In this document: one piece after another, positions 13,377 through 26,069 of the stretch | How positions within the stretch are numbered: the stretch's first letter is position 1 | Layout of the letters: every line of letters begins with the position of its first letter | Source: Octopus vulgaris | Lineage: Eukaryota | DNA length: 64,000 bases | NCBI GenBank assembly: GCA_951406725.2 | Contig: OX597831.1 | Coordinates: 45,198,001 to 45,262,000 of the forward strand | Direction of reading: 5' to 3' | The notes under the pieces: generated by a model | Seen by the model: only the letters and a program-made list of their open reading frames with translations | Database searches by the model: none | Told to the model about the DNA's origin: nothing | Position numbers and translations under genes: made by a program

Positions 13377-14345
13377 AAGGGTGTGAGCTGGTAGATTCAT
13401 TAAACTGCTGGACAAAGTTCTCAGTAGCATTTCATCTGTCTTCATGCTCTGACTTCAAATTTCTTCCAAGTTCAGCACTGCCTGTCATCCTTTAAGGGGT
13501 GGAAAAAAACAAGTACCAGTTGATCACTGGAGAATCAGCTTGCCCCCTTCCCCCAAATTTCAGGCCTTGTATGTATAGTAGAAAACATGTGTGTGTGTGT
13601 AGGTGCAGTATGGTCCTCCACCATCACTTGACTATTGATGTTGGTTTGTTTACATCTGTATAACTTAGTGGTTCAGCAAAAGACACCAATAAAATAAGTC
13701 CCAGGCTTTAAAAAACTAAGTAGTGGGGTCAGTTTGTTCATTTAAAACCCTTCTATGCTGTGTCTCAGCATGGCTACAATCCAGTGACTGAAACAAGTAG
13801 AAGATAAAAAACAAAATACCATTCCTTCATTCATTCATTTAAACTGTTTTTGCCAGATAAAGGAGGTGAGCTGGAAGAATCATTAATACATGGTACAAAA
13901 ATGCTTAGCAGCACCTCTTCCTGCTTTAGGCTTTAGGGTGGTGAGCTGGCAGAATCATTAGCACACCAGGCAAAATGCATAGCTGTAACAGTATTTTGTC
14001 TGCCACAACGTTCTGAGTTCAAATTCCACTGAGGTCAACTTTGCCTTTCATCTTTTCAGGGTCAATAAATTAAGTACCAGTGAAACACAGGTCAATGAAA
14101 TCAACTGTCCCTCTCCCCCAAGTTTCAGACCTTGTGCCTATAGTAGAAAGAATCGTTAGCATGTCAGGCAAAGTGCTTAGCGGCATTTTGCCTCTTTACA
14201 CTCTGAGTTCGAATTTCACTGAAGTCAGCTTCGTCTTTTATCCTCTTGGGGTCAATAAAACAAGTACCAGTGGAACATTGGGGGCCAGTGTAATCGACTT
14301 GACTCCTTCCCAGACTTGCTGGCCTTGCGCCAAAATTTGAAACTA
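13377..14345 (+). mobile_element. Cluster of degenerate family B SINEs plus a family A 3' half
   Basis: Repeated gagctggcagaatcattagcac heads and ctttgcctttcatc...aagtaccag cores. Confidence 0.75.
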
Positions 14346-14757
14346 ATATCTGCTTTGCCAGACATAATTGCATGCAATAATTGTTGTTCAAACGTAAAGA
14401 ATCCTTAGAACTCATTGAGACTTCCAATTTTGTCATTTCATTTTTCATGAAAGCATAGAATTTGGGGAGATGCACTTGCATAGCAAGTGACCTGATCTGA
14501 GATCATGTGCTGGAACAAAAACAATTGCAGTGTGGAAAGGTGTTTATAAGCCATGGCATGAATTATTAACTATAAACAATATAAATGAAGAAGGTTTTGA
14601 CTCTGTTCTATAAAATATATGGATCTTTATGAAGTAACACTGTTTTTAAAAGACATAAAATCCAAAGATGCCAGCAGCAAATATCAAAAGGGAACAGCAA
14701 CTCCTTCAGGTTGTACCCAAAAATATTTTTAGTTAAAAAACAAATGAGTAAATATAA

Positions 14758-15372
14758 GGCGTAGGAGTGGCTGTGTGGTAAGTAACTTGCTTAACAGCCA
14801 CATGGTTCCAAGTTCAGTCTCACTGCATGGCATCTTGCGTAAGTGTCTTCTACTATAGCCTCAGGCCGACCAAAGCCTTGTAAGTGGATTTGGTAGTTGG
14901 AAACTGAAAGAAGCCTGTCGTATATATGTATATGTATATATAGGGAGAGTTTACGAAAAAAAAACAAAAGACGAAGACAGGTGGTGTACAAAACAAACAG
15001 ATGTATTAGTATAATGCTCAGGAATAGAAAAAGTCTTTTACATTTCGAGCCTACGCTCTTCTACAGAAAGGGACAGAGAAAAAACAAGGAAAGAAAAAAA
15101 TGTGTGTAGTGGCTAACGATCTATCATGGCGACTGACATATGTATATATATATGTTTGTCTGTGTTTGTCCCCCCAGCATCGCTTGACAACCAATGGTGG
15201 TGTGTCTACATCCCCGTAACTTAGCGGTTCGGCAAAAGAGGCCGATAGAATAAGTACTAGGCTTACAAAGAATAAGTCCTGAGGTCGATTTGCTCGACTA
15301 AAAAGGCGGTGCTCCAGCATGGCCGCAGTCAAATGACTGAAACAAGTAAAAGAGTAAAAAATAGAAAAGAGT
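14758..15372 (+). mobile_element. SINE family A with a Penelope-like insert in its internal TA tract
   Basis: SINE halves 14758-14941 and 15139-15372 flank an unrelated insert of about 197 bp. Confidence 0.85.
15035..15070 (-). ncRNA. Minimal hammerhead-like motif, variant core CUGUAGA
   Basis: CUUU-CUGUAGA-A-GAGC(GUAG)GCUC-GAAA-UG-UA-AAAG. Confidence 0.55.
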
Positions 15373-15635
15373 ATAATGTGGCCCTTAGTGACTAAGGTCT
15401 GAATAATATTTACGCTTAGTAATATTTACTAAGTGTAGACAGCTTTGTCAGGCAGCAAGTGAACAAATACGCTGTCCGACAGGAATCACTCCTTGCACAG
15501 GAAAAAAGATGAAAGCTTGCCCGGTATGGTCATGTATCCCACCACAATTCCCTGTCTAAACACCATTCTTTAGGGCACAGTTGAAGGAAGGTGAGAGACA
15601 GACAGACAGAGAAAATCCTGGTTTGGCAACATCAA

Positions 15636-16064
15636 GGACGGCGATCTTTCGTTTTAACTCGAAATAATGTAAACATTGAATTCGGTGATTTCCGTGACCA
15701 CATGTTGTCTCGTCAATTGGCAGTTGGGAAGAGAAAGCTAATGGGTTGTGCATACGTGCTTTTTCCTCTGTGTGTGTGTGTGTGTGTCTGTTCTATTTTT
15801 TTTTGTATTTATATGTTGTGGAATGTAGAAATAACACACAGAGGAACAAACGTGCACACACACACACATATACACGCACATACACAAACAAGAATAAGCA
15901 CACACACACACACACACACAGAGGAACAATCATGTACGCACAACCCATTAGCTTTCTCTTCCCAACTGACAATTGACAAGATAACATGCGGTCGGTCACG
16001 GAAATGACCGATTCCATGTTTACATTATTTCGAGTTAAAACAAAAGATCGCCAAAATGCCATCC
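15636..16064. mobile_element. MITE/fold-back element with about 145-bp imperfect TIRs
   Basis: ggcgatctttcgttttaactcgaaataatgtaaacat...cctctgtgtg is mirrored by cacacagagga...atgtttacattatttcgagttaaaacaaaagatcgcc. No clear TSD. Confidence 0.85.
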
Positions 16065-16773
16065 GAATGACTGGCTGCATCGGTTAAGGAATCTTGACGA
16101 ACGAGGAATATTTGCTAAGGCTTAATGGATTGATTGGTCAAGCTAAAAGCCTTCATTTTTATGATGTCTTTAAAGAAAAAGGCTGTCTAATGAAACTCGT
16201 CCCTCTCCCGGTAATAACAAAGATGTTCCATAAAAACGGAATGGCTTCTTAGATCTTTCTCAATGTGTATACATGTTGATTGTATAGCCTCAAATCAACT
16301 CTGTTCATATGAGTTTATAATCAAAGACGTTCCAACAGTGAACATCCAGTCTTTTCATATATTTCCTTTTTTGCAAGACAGAAGGAGATTTTTGATTGTT
16401 ATTTTTAAGAAGTTATATGACTCGATAAATGCTCCTAAGGTCATGTGGTGCAGCAAGGTTAGTTCAGCGTGACTCTGCAATCAAGACTGTTGCTCATGGC
16501 CAAGAATTTCAGTGTTTACAAATATGTGAAACTAAATAACTTAACAGGAAATGGAACTTGCAATTTCATCATCTGGGTGTTTACTTACCACCAATTTGTG
16601 ATACTAATGTATTTTATACACGGCTCAAATGTGCATTGTTGTTAGTGTTTGAACAGTCAATTACACAAGAAAGAAATTAAAGCAAAAGTCTAATTTAGTT
16701 ACCAATCACAGAATAAATACTACAAAAGGAACTGTTTTCATACAAGTTAATTTTTTAAAGTTCCCTGCTTTAA

Positions 16774-16994
16774 CCCTTTAGCATTTAAACCGGCCATATC
16801 CGGCCAAAAGTATTCTGCCTGTTTTATGTTCAAATTGGCCAGATCTGGTCTCTCACACCAGCCCTACAATATTGTTTAAAAAATTAACAGCTACCTCATC
16901 AAAATCTCCTAGCTACAAGAAAATGCACGATTAATTCAAAACAATGTGGATAAAGAAGCATCAATTTTGGCAGAATAATGTGAACACTAAAGGG
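16774..16994. mobile_element. piggyBac-type MITE
   Basis: TTAA|ccctttag...ctaaaggg|TTAA. Other copies at 5864-5986, 50851-51274 and 53491-53696. Confidence 0.88.
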
Positions 16995-17280
16995 TTAAAT
17001 ATATTAAGTTGAAATAAGTACAACAACATAAAAGATGGAGAGGTGATTGTTAATGGCATCAAAGCATTTATAAATAGTTATACAGAAGTGAGTGCACACA
17101 CACACATGTATGTATGTATGTAGAAACCATGCCACAACAGACAGTTAGAGTCTGAACAGCTCCCTGCTAGCTGGCTCTATGTCAAACCATCCAACCCATG
17201 CCAGCATGGAAAGCAGATGTTAAGCAATGATGATGATAATGATATATATATATGTACACACACACACATATATACATATA

Positions 17281-17695
17281 GGTGCAGGAGTGGCTGTGCA
17301 GTAAGTAGCTTGCTTACCAGCCACATGGTTCTAGGTTCAGTCACACTGAATGGCACTTTGGGCAAGTGCCTTCTACTATAGCCTCGGGCCGACCAAAGCC
17401 TTGTAATTAGATTTGGTAGATGGAAACTGAAAGAAGCCCGTCTTATATATATATATATGAGTGTGTGTATGTGTGTTTATGTTTGTGTCTGAGTTCTGAG
17501 TTTGTCGCCTCACCATTGCTTGATAACCGATGTTGGTGTGTTTATGTCCCCCGTAGCTTAGCAGTTCGACAAAAGAGACCGATACAGTAAGTGCTGAGCC
17601 TACAAAGAATAAGTGCTGAGGGCGATTTGTTCAACTAAAGGCAGTGCTCCAGCATGGCTGCAGTCAAATGACTGAAACAAATAAAAGCATTAAAG
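17281..17695 (+). mobile_element. SINE family A
   Basis: Homology to other copies. Confidence 0.85.
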
Positions 17696-18176
17696 GATAT
17701 ATAAAATTAAGCAAGAAAATCAGGTAAGCAAAAAATTCAGAGTAGTTCTCCACGAGTAGGTAGATTTCCTGAAAGTTCATAATCTGAATTTACAGATGAA
17801 TGAGAGGAGGATCCAAGTAGTCTGTCCTAGTGGTTCATTGTGGATAGGTAGAATTAATCACACTATGAACAGGAAAACAATATTCATCAATGTTCAATAT
17901 TATTTGGTTTATTACTTAAAGAATGGGAGACAACTCTCAATATGTTTCAGTTTTAATAGGACCTCATCATTGGATTATATATTTTACAATTTGTAAATAA
18001 TCATTCAGCTTTTTTCTTTTTTTGTATGTTCCATAGCAATGAATGGTTTCTGTAGTCATCATCAATGAATTCATGATGTTGTTTAGCCCAAGTCAGTTCT
18101 GTTCAAATTGACCTATGATAGATGTTTCAAAAGAAATAACATAGAGTAACCAGTAGCACTATACTGAAATAATACA

Positions 18177-18554
18177 GGTATATCAAATAGCATACAACAT
18201 AAATTCTTGATTTGTTAAAGGTAAATCCACCTCTATGATTACCAAATTGGAATTATGACCAGTTCCACTTGAGAAGGGGTGATAATCGCAAGAATCACGA
18301 TTTCTCTAAAACTGATACACTATTAAGAAAATATGCTGATGATGATTACAGAGCCAGAAATATGTGTCCACAATAAGCCCGTCCTTTCCTTTAATGGTAA
18401 GTTAACTTTGGAGAATTCTTGATTCTTAAGATTGTCTCCCCTTTTCATATAGAACTGGTCTAACTTGTCAGTTGGTAATCATGGTGCTTTCTCCCCAGGT
18501 AGAAATCATTTTACTAAATGAAGAATTTGTGTTGTACGTTATTTGATATACCTG
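18177..18554. repeat. Old inverted repeat (arms about 110-125 bp) enclosing a decayed hammerhead-like motif
   Basis: Arm caggtatatcaaatagcatacaacataaattctt versus aagaatttgtgttgtacgttatttgatatacctg. A third arm copy lies at about 19740-19800. Confidence 0.7.
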
Positions 18555-18625
18555 AGTTGAACAAATACATACCACCAGCCACGCTGAGTTATTTCTCTTA
18601 GCTCTTTCTTTTTTAAAAAAACTTA

Positions 18626-19024
18626 GGATCTTTTCGGTTTGAATGGCAGTTTTTTCTAGTGGTGTCATATGAAATTGTCACCCATAATTATGACCCTAGT
18701 ATCGATCTATTGCATTTCAATCTGTTTTAGGGTTAGGGGTGGAGGAAGGGTATCTTTTTTTCTTCACAAATGTAAATAAACCCAATCTGTTTCTTAAACG
18801 AGGGACATATTCATACGGCACGGTGTTTTTACCTCAATAGACGTCATTGATTGGTTGAAATTGCAGAAAAAAAACAACAAATATCTTACAAACCATAGAA
18901 TTTTCTCAATAAAGCCAAGAGAAAAAGATGTTTTATAAACACATTCTACCAGTATACGAAGTTTAAAAGTGTTTAGTTACGTGGAAATTATTTTTAAAAA
19001 CTGCCGTTCAAACCGAAAAGATCC
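18626..19024. mobile_element. Non-autonomous DNA transposon, GG...CC termini, 8-bp TSD
   Basis: TIR ggatcttttcggtttgaatggcagttttt / aaaaactgccgttcaaaccgaaaagatcc; TSD aaaactta at 18618-18625 and 19025-19032. Confidence 0.92.
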
Positions 19025-20684
19025 AAAACTTATGTAAATTACGTAGTACATAAACGTCTGTTTACTCTTTTAGGTTAGACAATTGTTGCATTAACGACAA
19101 CTACTGAACCAGAAATACGCGTCCACAGTTGTCCTTTTATCTCCAGACAATAACACCGTTGTTTTCACTTCATGGCGCGTCAGTGTTGGAAAACTCTTGT
19201 TTCTTGGGATTATCTCTCCTTCTCAAGTGAAGCTGGTTGTAATTGCCATTTGGGTACTACATCTGGTACTTTATGTCCAAATCCTACAGAGGTTGACGTT
19301 GCATGTCATCCCTCTAGAATTAATAAAATAAGATACCAACCAAGTACTGGTATGGTTGTAATCGACTAGCCTCCTCCTCTCAAAATTTGTGCTGGCTTTA
19401 TGACTAAACAAGACACAATATTTGATAATCATGCTTACAACTTTTTCCATTGAACCTCTAGTCATGTTCTCTTCATGTTAACTTAACAACCACTAAAGAA
19501 ACATTTCGTCAATTTCTCTAGTGAAATATAAAAGCAAAAACTTGATTCTCTCTGTAAAATATTGCGCTATTAGTTAAGTATATGATACATTTTAACTGTT
19601 GGTAAATTTGAAGTCACTTTCGATGAATTAATACCATAATTCTTCATAGTTTTGCTCTAATGTGCAGACTTTATGAAACCTATCAGTTTGAAAGAAAAAT
19701 TGTGTACTAAAGACAAATGATAATGACATAGACAAATATAGGTATATCAAATAGCATTACAACATAAATTCTTTATTTATTGAAATCATTTTTGTCTCTA
19801 GGGGATGTATAAAAAAATTAAAATGGCAGAATGATTTTAGGTTGAATTAAATTAAACAAAAGCAATTTTAATGGATACAATTATATTTTTATCCAAGTGA
19901 TAAGTTACTGTCACGATATCTTTAAGGGATATATCAAAAAAAATTTCAGGTTCTGAGGCGACAAATATCAAAATGTGTAAAGGGGATGTAATTGACAATT
20001 CAAAAGCAAGTTACCTCCACTTACATTACGACCTTCGCAAGAATACCAAGAATTCTCTGTTCACAGTGAAATTTTGAACGAAAAAAAAAGAAACAAACAA
20101 AGAAAAATAGATAAATAACGCCTAGAAATAGATTATTTGAACACTCAAAGACGAAGTGTCACGTATTTTTTAACTTTCTCGTGTTTTACATGCATTAAAC
20201 ATATTCTTTATTGTTCGACAGTTGTCAACCTCAAATGACTTTACCGAAACCTAAAGCAACCTGGGAAGAATATATACGTTTCTACTCTAAGCACAAAGCC
20301 CGAAATCGGAGTTGGGGGGGTGGAAGGGCCAGTTGATTAGATCTACCCCAGTACGCAACTGGTACTTAATTCATCAACCCCAAAAGGATGAAAGCTGGGA
20401 AGAAAATATAAATAGAAGACTAAGAAATAAATATTAGACATGATTGTCAGGAATATGGCTTAGCAAATTTATAGAATTAGTCTTCAGTGGCAAGACAATT
20501 TGTAGGGAAGACAAAAGGGCAGTCATTGTCGATTATGATTTCTCATTAAAATAATTTTACATCATTTGCTTAAAAAGAAACATCGCGCACTTTCAATCTC
20601 CTTCTATTTTTTTAAAGTAAGCTATGTTAGGTGGTATAGCAGGAGAGGCAACTTACTTTTGTTTTACTTACATTCATAAATCCT

Positions 20685-20896
20685 TTCTAATATTGGCACA
20701 AGGCCTGGAATTTCGGTGGAAGGAAGTAGTCGATTAAATCGACCTCTGTACCCAACAGGTGCCTACTTTATCGTTCTCGAAAGGGATGAAAGGCAAAGTT
20801 GACATCGGCTGGATTTGAACTGCAAACATAAAGAGCCAAAAGAAATGCCGCTAAGCATTTTCTCCGATACACTAACGAGTCTGCCAGCACGCCGCC
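20685..20896 (-). mobile_element. SINE family B
   Basis: Reverse complement of family B head and core. Confidence 0.8.
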
Positions 20897-20931
20897 TTTG
20901 TTTATATTCATAAACGATCGTTATTCTAAGA

Positions 20932-21230
20932 CGGTGGTTCTCAAACTTTTGGGGACTGCCGCCCCCTTGACACCCAAGCCACATTTCTAGCACCCTCACC
21001 CCAACTAACCAGACCTTTTGCTGAAGCAAATACAAAGCAACTGTATTTAACAAATGAAACGTAATTTATTTTGTTGTTTTTATATGAATTGTTACCCCTT
21101 TTTTGCCCCACTTTTTACATGAATCACTACTCCATTATCACTCCATCTTTCTTCAATACCCCCTTGGAACATTCCACTGCACCCCCACCCCCGAGGGAGG
21201 GAGCAATATCGCCCACTTTGGGAACCACTG
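20932..21230. mobile_element. hAT (Charlie/Buster-type) MITE
   Basis: cggtggttctcaaa...tttgggaaccactg with perfect 8-bp TSD ttctaaga. Confidence 0.92.
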
Positions 21231-22914
21231 TTCTAAGAAGTACGAGCGAAGGAATTTTCGACACGCTAGAAATATCAGCCAATCTTCAACAAAAGATAGC
21301 TTATACAGTCTTGCCCAGAATAGATTATATAATTTATTTTCTTCTTTTTTTCTAAAACAAAAAAAAAGTAAAGAAAGACGGTTGATCAGATCAAATCTGA
21401 TTTCGTGCTAAATAACAAGAAAAACGAGTAGAGCTTTCTTGAGAAGCCGAGCTTTGAGACAATAATTTCAGTTGTCTCCGATACTATTTTCACTAACGTT
21501 TTGAAGGCTTTCTGAAAAGACATAGCTACTCTTGTTCTTCTCTCATAAAGTACAGATTATTTGCCACTAGTTTACAGAAACCAAGGGTGTATATTCCGTG
21601 CGCTGCACACCCGTCGAATATGGCAAATTCATTATAAATATTAACCTTACTCGTTAATTCAATCACAAAGCATAACGGAAAACTTTTGTTTTACTCCTGC
21701 TTGAAATTTGGTGGCGAGTGTCCTGAAATAACACTGCACAGCGCATTGCATCATAATATGGTACCAGGCGTCTCGTAGGACAACGAGAGAATGGCAAAAA
21801 GTTAATGGCGAACGGTATGCGATAGTTTTGACAGCACGGTCGCATGTTCGTTTTCGTGACGAGAAGTTGTACAATAAATTAATATAAAATTCCTCAACTA
21901 AAACTAAGTGTAACGATAGGTCCTTAGGAAAGCTGCAATGCTCTTGTCCGAGGGTCACCAATTGTAACGGCAAAGATTTTAATTTTGGTGTAGTTATCAA
22001 TTGTAACGGTAGAGATTGATTAGGTAAACATTATTATTGATGATATGTTGGAGTCAGCTGGTGTAATGATAATTATTTGCTGTTGTGACGAAGTTGTACG
22101 TTTAAATTAATATAAAATTCCTAAACTAAAACTAAGTGACTTTGGTTTACTTTCAACTGAAAAAAGTACCGTAAATCCTCGAGTATAATACGGGATTTTT
22201 AGGGGGCTGTACCTCTGAAAAACCTAAACCTTATGTATAATACGCACCCCTTCTCTAACTTGAGTCAAGGAGGTCTATATAACGTCCTTGGTCAGTGCAG
22301 CAGCACACCCAATGTCAACAACCACCATACGCCACTGAAGAACCTATATTTATCAATTTCAACAGCTTCTAGTCATACGCTTCAATACTAAGTCGGTAGA
22401 ATTGTTATCGTCGGAATATTGCACAAAATATTTTCTCGTTATTTGCTTTCACTCTTAATAATCTCAGTTCAAATCCCTTGCAAAGATCGATCTAATTGAC
22501 TATCCCTCACCCTCTTAAATTGAGGGGTTAGTACCTATGCTAGAAGTAATTATAATTTTCTTATAAAGATGCAAACATAATCGTATTGTCTTGTGGTGCA
22601 CCTGAGCACTGTATACAATAATTTCATTATTATTATTATTATATAAAGTTCACTATCTAATCAAGTAGTTCCATGTTCGAAATCACTGCGCGGTACCTTT
22701 GGCATGCGATTTCTACTCTTGCTTCTGACTGCTAATGCTAAGAAACTATTCAGAAGCTTGTCATGTGTCTTGTTGTTTGAACTAGCGTCTCGAGTTGCGT
22801 CCCTTCGTCTTTTAAACAAATTAACCTAGCGTTGATCAATGAGTGCTTCAGCAGTGTCTGGAACAAAAATTGCTGGGGAAAAGTCACATTTTATCTAGAT
22901 ACTATAAACAATTA

Positions 22915-23260
22915 AAATGTACACCCGTGGACATGTTTACAAAGTCAGAAAACAGCACAGCTCCCATGACTTTCAGAAACATTTTTTCACGTTAAGAGTT
23001 GCTGAAGCATGGAACAGACTGCTGGCATCAGTTGTTAGTTGTCGGAGCACTGCATCCTTCAAAATTTCCATTCTTCCTGAGATTCACCAACACTACACCT
23101 GATTTTCTCCCCTCCATACACACGCAAGCATGTATCTGACTCATACACTGTTCGCTTCCCAGACATTTGTACATTACTGCATATGCTTTATACGCACTTT
23201 TGACAAGTTGTGGTGCACCTGAACACTGTATACAATAATTTCATTATTATTATTATTATT
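22915..23260 (+). mobile_element. CR1-like LINE 3' end with (ATT)n tail
   Basis: TRGHVYKVRKQHSSHDFQKHFFTLRVAEAWNRL; tail gtggtgcacctgaacactgtatacaataatttc(att)n. Extra tail piece at 22590-22640. Confidence 0.85.
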
Positions 23261-23389
23261 ACTATAAAATAATAAAACAAAAATATTTAAAATCAGTTAT
23301 TAACTGACAATGCATGGCTTGTATAGAATTTATATATGATAGCATTACACGTATGTGGGGAAAAAAAACACAAAAGAACTTTTATTTAT

Positions 23390-23745
23390 AGTTGCAGGAG
23401 TGGCCGTGTGGGAAAGAAGCTTGCTTCCCAGCCACGTGGTTCCAGGTTCAGTCCCACTGTGTGGCACCTTGGGCAAGTGCCTTGTACTTGTTTCAGACCA
23501 ACCAAAGCCTTGTGAGTGAATTTGGTAGATGGAAACTGAAAGAAACTTGTGTGCTGAGGTGCTGACAACTGGTGTTGAGGTGCTGACATCTCAATAACCT
23601 AGCGGTTTGGCAAAAAGAGAGTGGTAGAATAAGCACCAGGCTTAGCAAGAAATAAATACTGGGGGTCAATCCGTTTGACGGGAAATTCTTTAAGGCGGTA
23701 CCCCAGCATGGTCGGAGTCTAATGACTGAAACAAGTAAAAGATAA
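23390..23745 (+). mobile_element. SINE family A (older variant)
   Basis: Head and tail homology. Confidence 0.8.
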
Positions 23746-24257
23746 TTCAATTTCTGAAGTATGACAATGAAACAGAAGTTTCAGACTCGTAATGTAACAC
23801 ACTTTCAACCGTTGCTTTGAAGAACATTATGTTTTTTTTTTTTTAGCACGATGACATCCAAATCCTCTCTAGTTTGGTGATGGCATTCCAGGCCTGGCAC
23901 TTTCTTGTCTTAAGTTCTCTCTCTTATGAGGATAACCATGCACTAAGATATTTGAAGTTTTTGACTTGTTTTATGTTGTCTCCTGTGAGTGAATATTGAA
24001 TGGCAATGGAGGGGGACCGATAAAAACCTCTACAGGGGCCTTACCTCAATATCAGAGGTAGTCAGAGCCAGAACATACTGTTTTACTGAGCACTGCTACA
24101 GGACAAAGAGCAACTCACACGTCCTTGTACCCCCACCTACCCTCTCCTGCAATAAATGCCCATGGCTCTTCTATACCCTTGGCCTCAGGCTCCCATAAAG
24201 TGGCTCAATCACTTACTACAGGTTAACTACTCAGACACGAATTAATGCCAACGATGA

Positions 24258-24299
<42 letters not shown>

Positions 24300-24368
24300 A
24301 AATGTATATGTATGTGTATATATATATGTATGTATATATGCATATATATGTATGTATATATGCATATG

Positions 24369-24400
<32 letters not shown>

Positions 24401-25344
24401 CAAACATACACATATATACGACGGGCTTCTTTCAGTTTCCGTCTACCAAATCCACTCACAAGGCTTTGGTTGGCCCGAGGCTATACTAGAAGACACTTGC
24501 CCAAGGTGCCATGCAGTGGGACTGAACACGGATTGAACTATGTGGTTCGTAAGCAAGCTACTTACCACACAGCCACTCCTGCGGCTTGTATATATATATA
24601 TACAATCGTTTTGGCACTAAGTAATGAGGAATCAAATAGAGTCACTTTGGCATGTGATCTACAAGGGAGATTATTGCTGGACATACTTAGCATTGTAAAT
24701 GTATTTTTACAAAATTCTTAGTATTCTAATCATAAGAAAACCATGTTTCGTTTATGTTTTAGTAAATAATAAGAAGAAACCAAGAATAAACAATATAATA
24801 AATAAAATAAGCACATAGATCACCCACCAAAGTAAATTTGCTCACATAGATCACACTGCAAAGTAGCACTAACACAAAGTAAACGAAAAAGTAAAATAAA
24901 GTAATCTCCCTTTAAATTGTAGATCACACACCAAAGTGGCACCCAATGAAATTTAGGTTAGTTATAATATGTAACTTTTTTCAACTTCTAACTACAGGCA
25001 AATTCTCTGCAATGAGCATGGAGAAAAATTCTCTTTTATGGTATTAAACCTAAAAATTCCATATCTGTTCAATGTCGCTTCCTAGGGGACTCCAAGGCAC
25101 GTTTTTGGTTCTTTAACCTTCAGCAGTAAGAGATACCAAGAGAGATAACTCGAGTAGATTCTAAAGTCATTGCTTTATCTCAAAACAGTCATATATCAGT
25201 AAGTGAGTTGTGCTCGTGGACTGCCCAACTGGAATAAATACAATGATATCTGCTCTAAGCAGAGATGAGGAATAAATGAACTTCAAGTTAAAATTATTTG
25301 TGACACAAGCAACATTAATACTAAAAAGTAATCTTTATGTCCTA

Positions 25345-25500
25345 CTTAACGTGGATGTTTTGTTAGAGCACTGAATACTGCATTGTTTACCAAGAGATAT
25401 GAGTTCTTATATAGATGAATGGTGCATAGAAGCACACATATTTATATCATGTGCTTTTGTAACGTGGTATTAGGTGCTCTAACAATACATCCATATTAAG
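25345..25500. repeat. Old fold-back/MITE with about 55-bp arms
   Basis: cttaacgtggatgttttgttagagcac versus gtgctctaacaatacatccatattaag. Confidence 0.7.
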
Positions 25501-25685
25501 CTAAATATGTTTGGGACATATTTCAATTTCTGATGGCAAATTCACTGCATTTACCATGAAGAAATATATATATATATATATATAGTTAATCCAAACATGA
25601 AAACACAAAGAGAAAACACAACAACGCAAGGACGTGGACCAAATATAGTATTATTGTACGCTCAGAAAGGAAGAGAAGAAGGAGG

Positions 25686-25720
25686 GTTCTACGTTTCGAG
25701 CAGAACTCTTCGTCAGAAAC
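25686..25720 (-). ncRNA. Minimal type I hammerhead ribozyme in a Penelope-like insert (about 25585-25797)
   Basis: GUUU-CUGACGA-A-GAG(UUCUG)CUC-GAAA-CG-UA^GAAC, with palindromic ACGU stem III. Insert is flanked by (TA)n on both sides. Confidence 0.78.
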
Positions 25721-25793
25721 ATAGGAAAAGGAAAGATCCAGAGAAGGGAAGACGGAGGAAAAAAATCGCCAATGGCACACACACGGTCACATT

Positions 25794-25832
<39 letters not shown>

Positions 25833-25894
25833 CACACATATATATATAAACATACACACACACACATATACATATATATATATATATAAACATC

Positions 25895-25928
<34 letters not shown>

Positions 25929-26069
25929 TATCTATATCTATATATATATACACATATATATATATATATATATACACCTACAAAAAAAAACTTGATAGCA
26001 TTCCCTTCATCATATACATAGTCATCACATTCTGTTAAAATGTCTTATTGATGTGTTTGGTTTCTTTCT

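Noticed and set aside
18728-18740. Interstitial telomere
   Set aside because: Only two TTAGGG units, internal to a MITE.
25147-25198. LRR-like peptide IPREITRVDSKVIALSQN in the 25.13-25.20 kb frame
   Set aside because: An in-frame stop lies immediately upstream and I found no partner exons.
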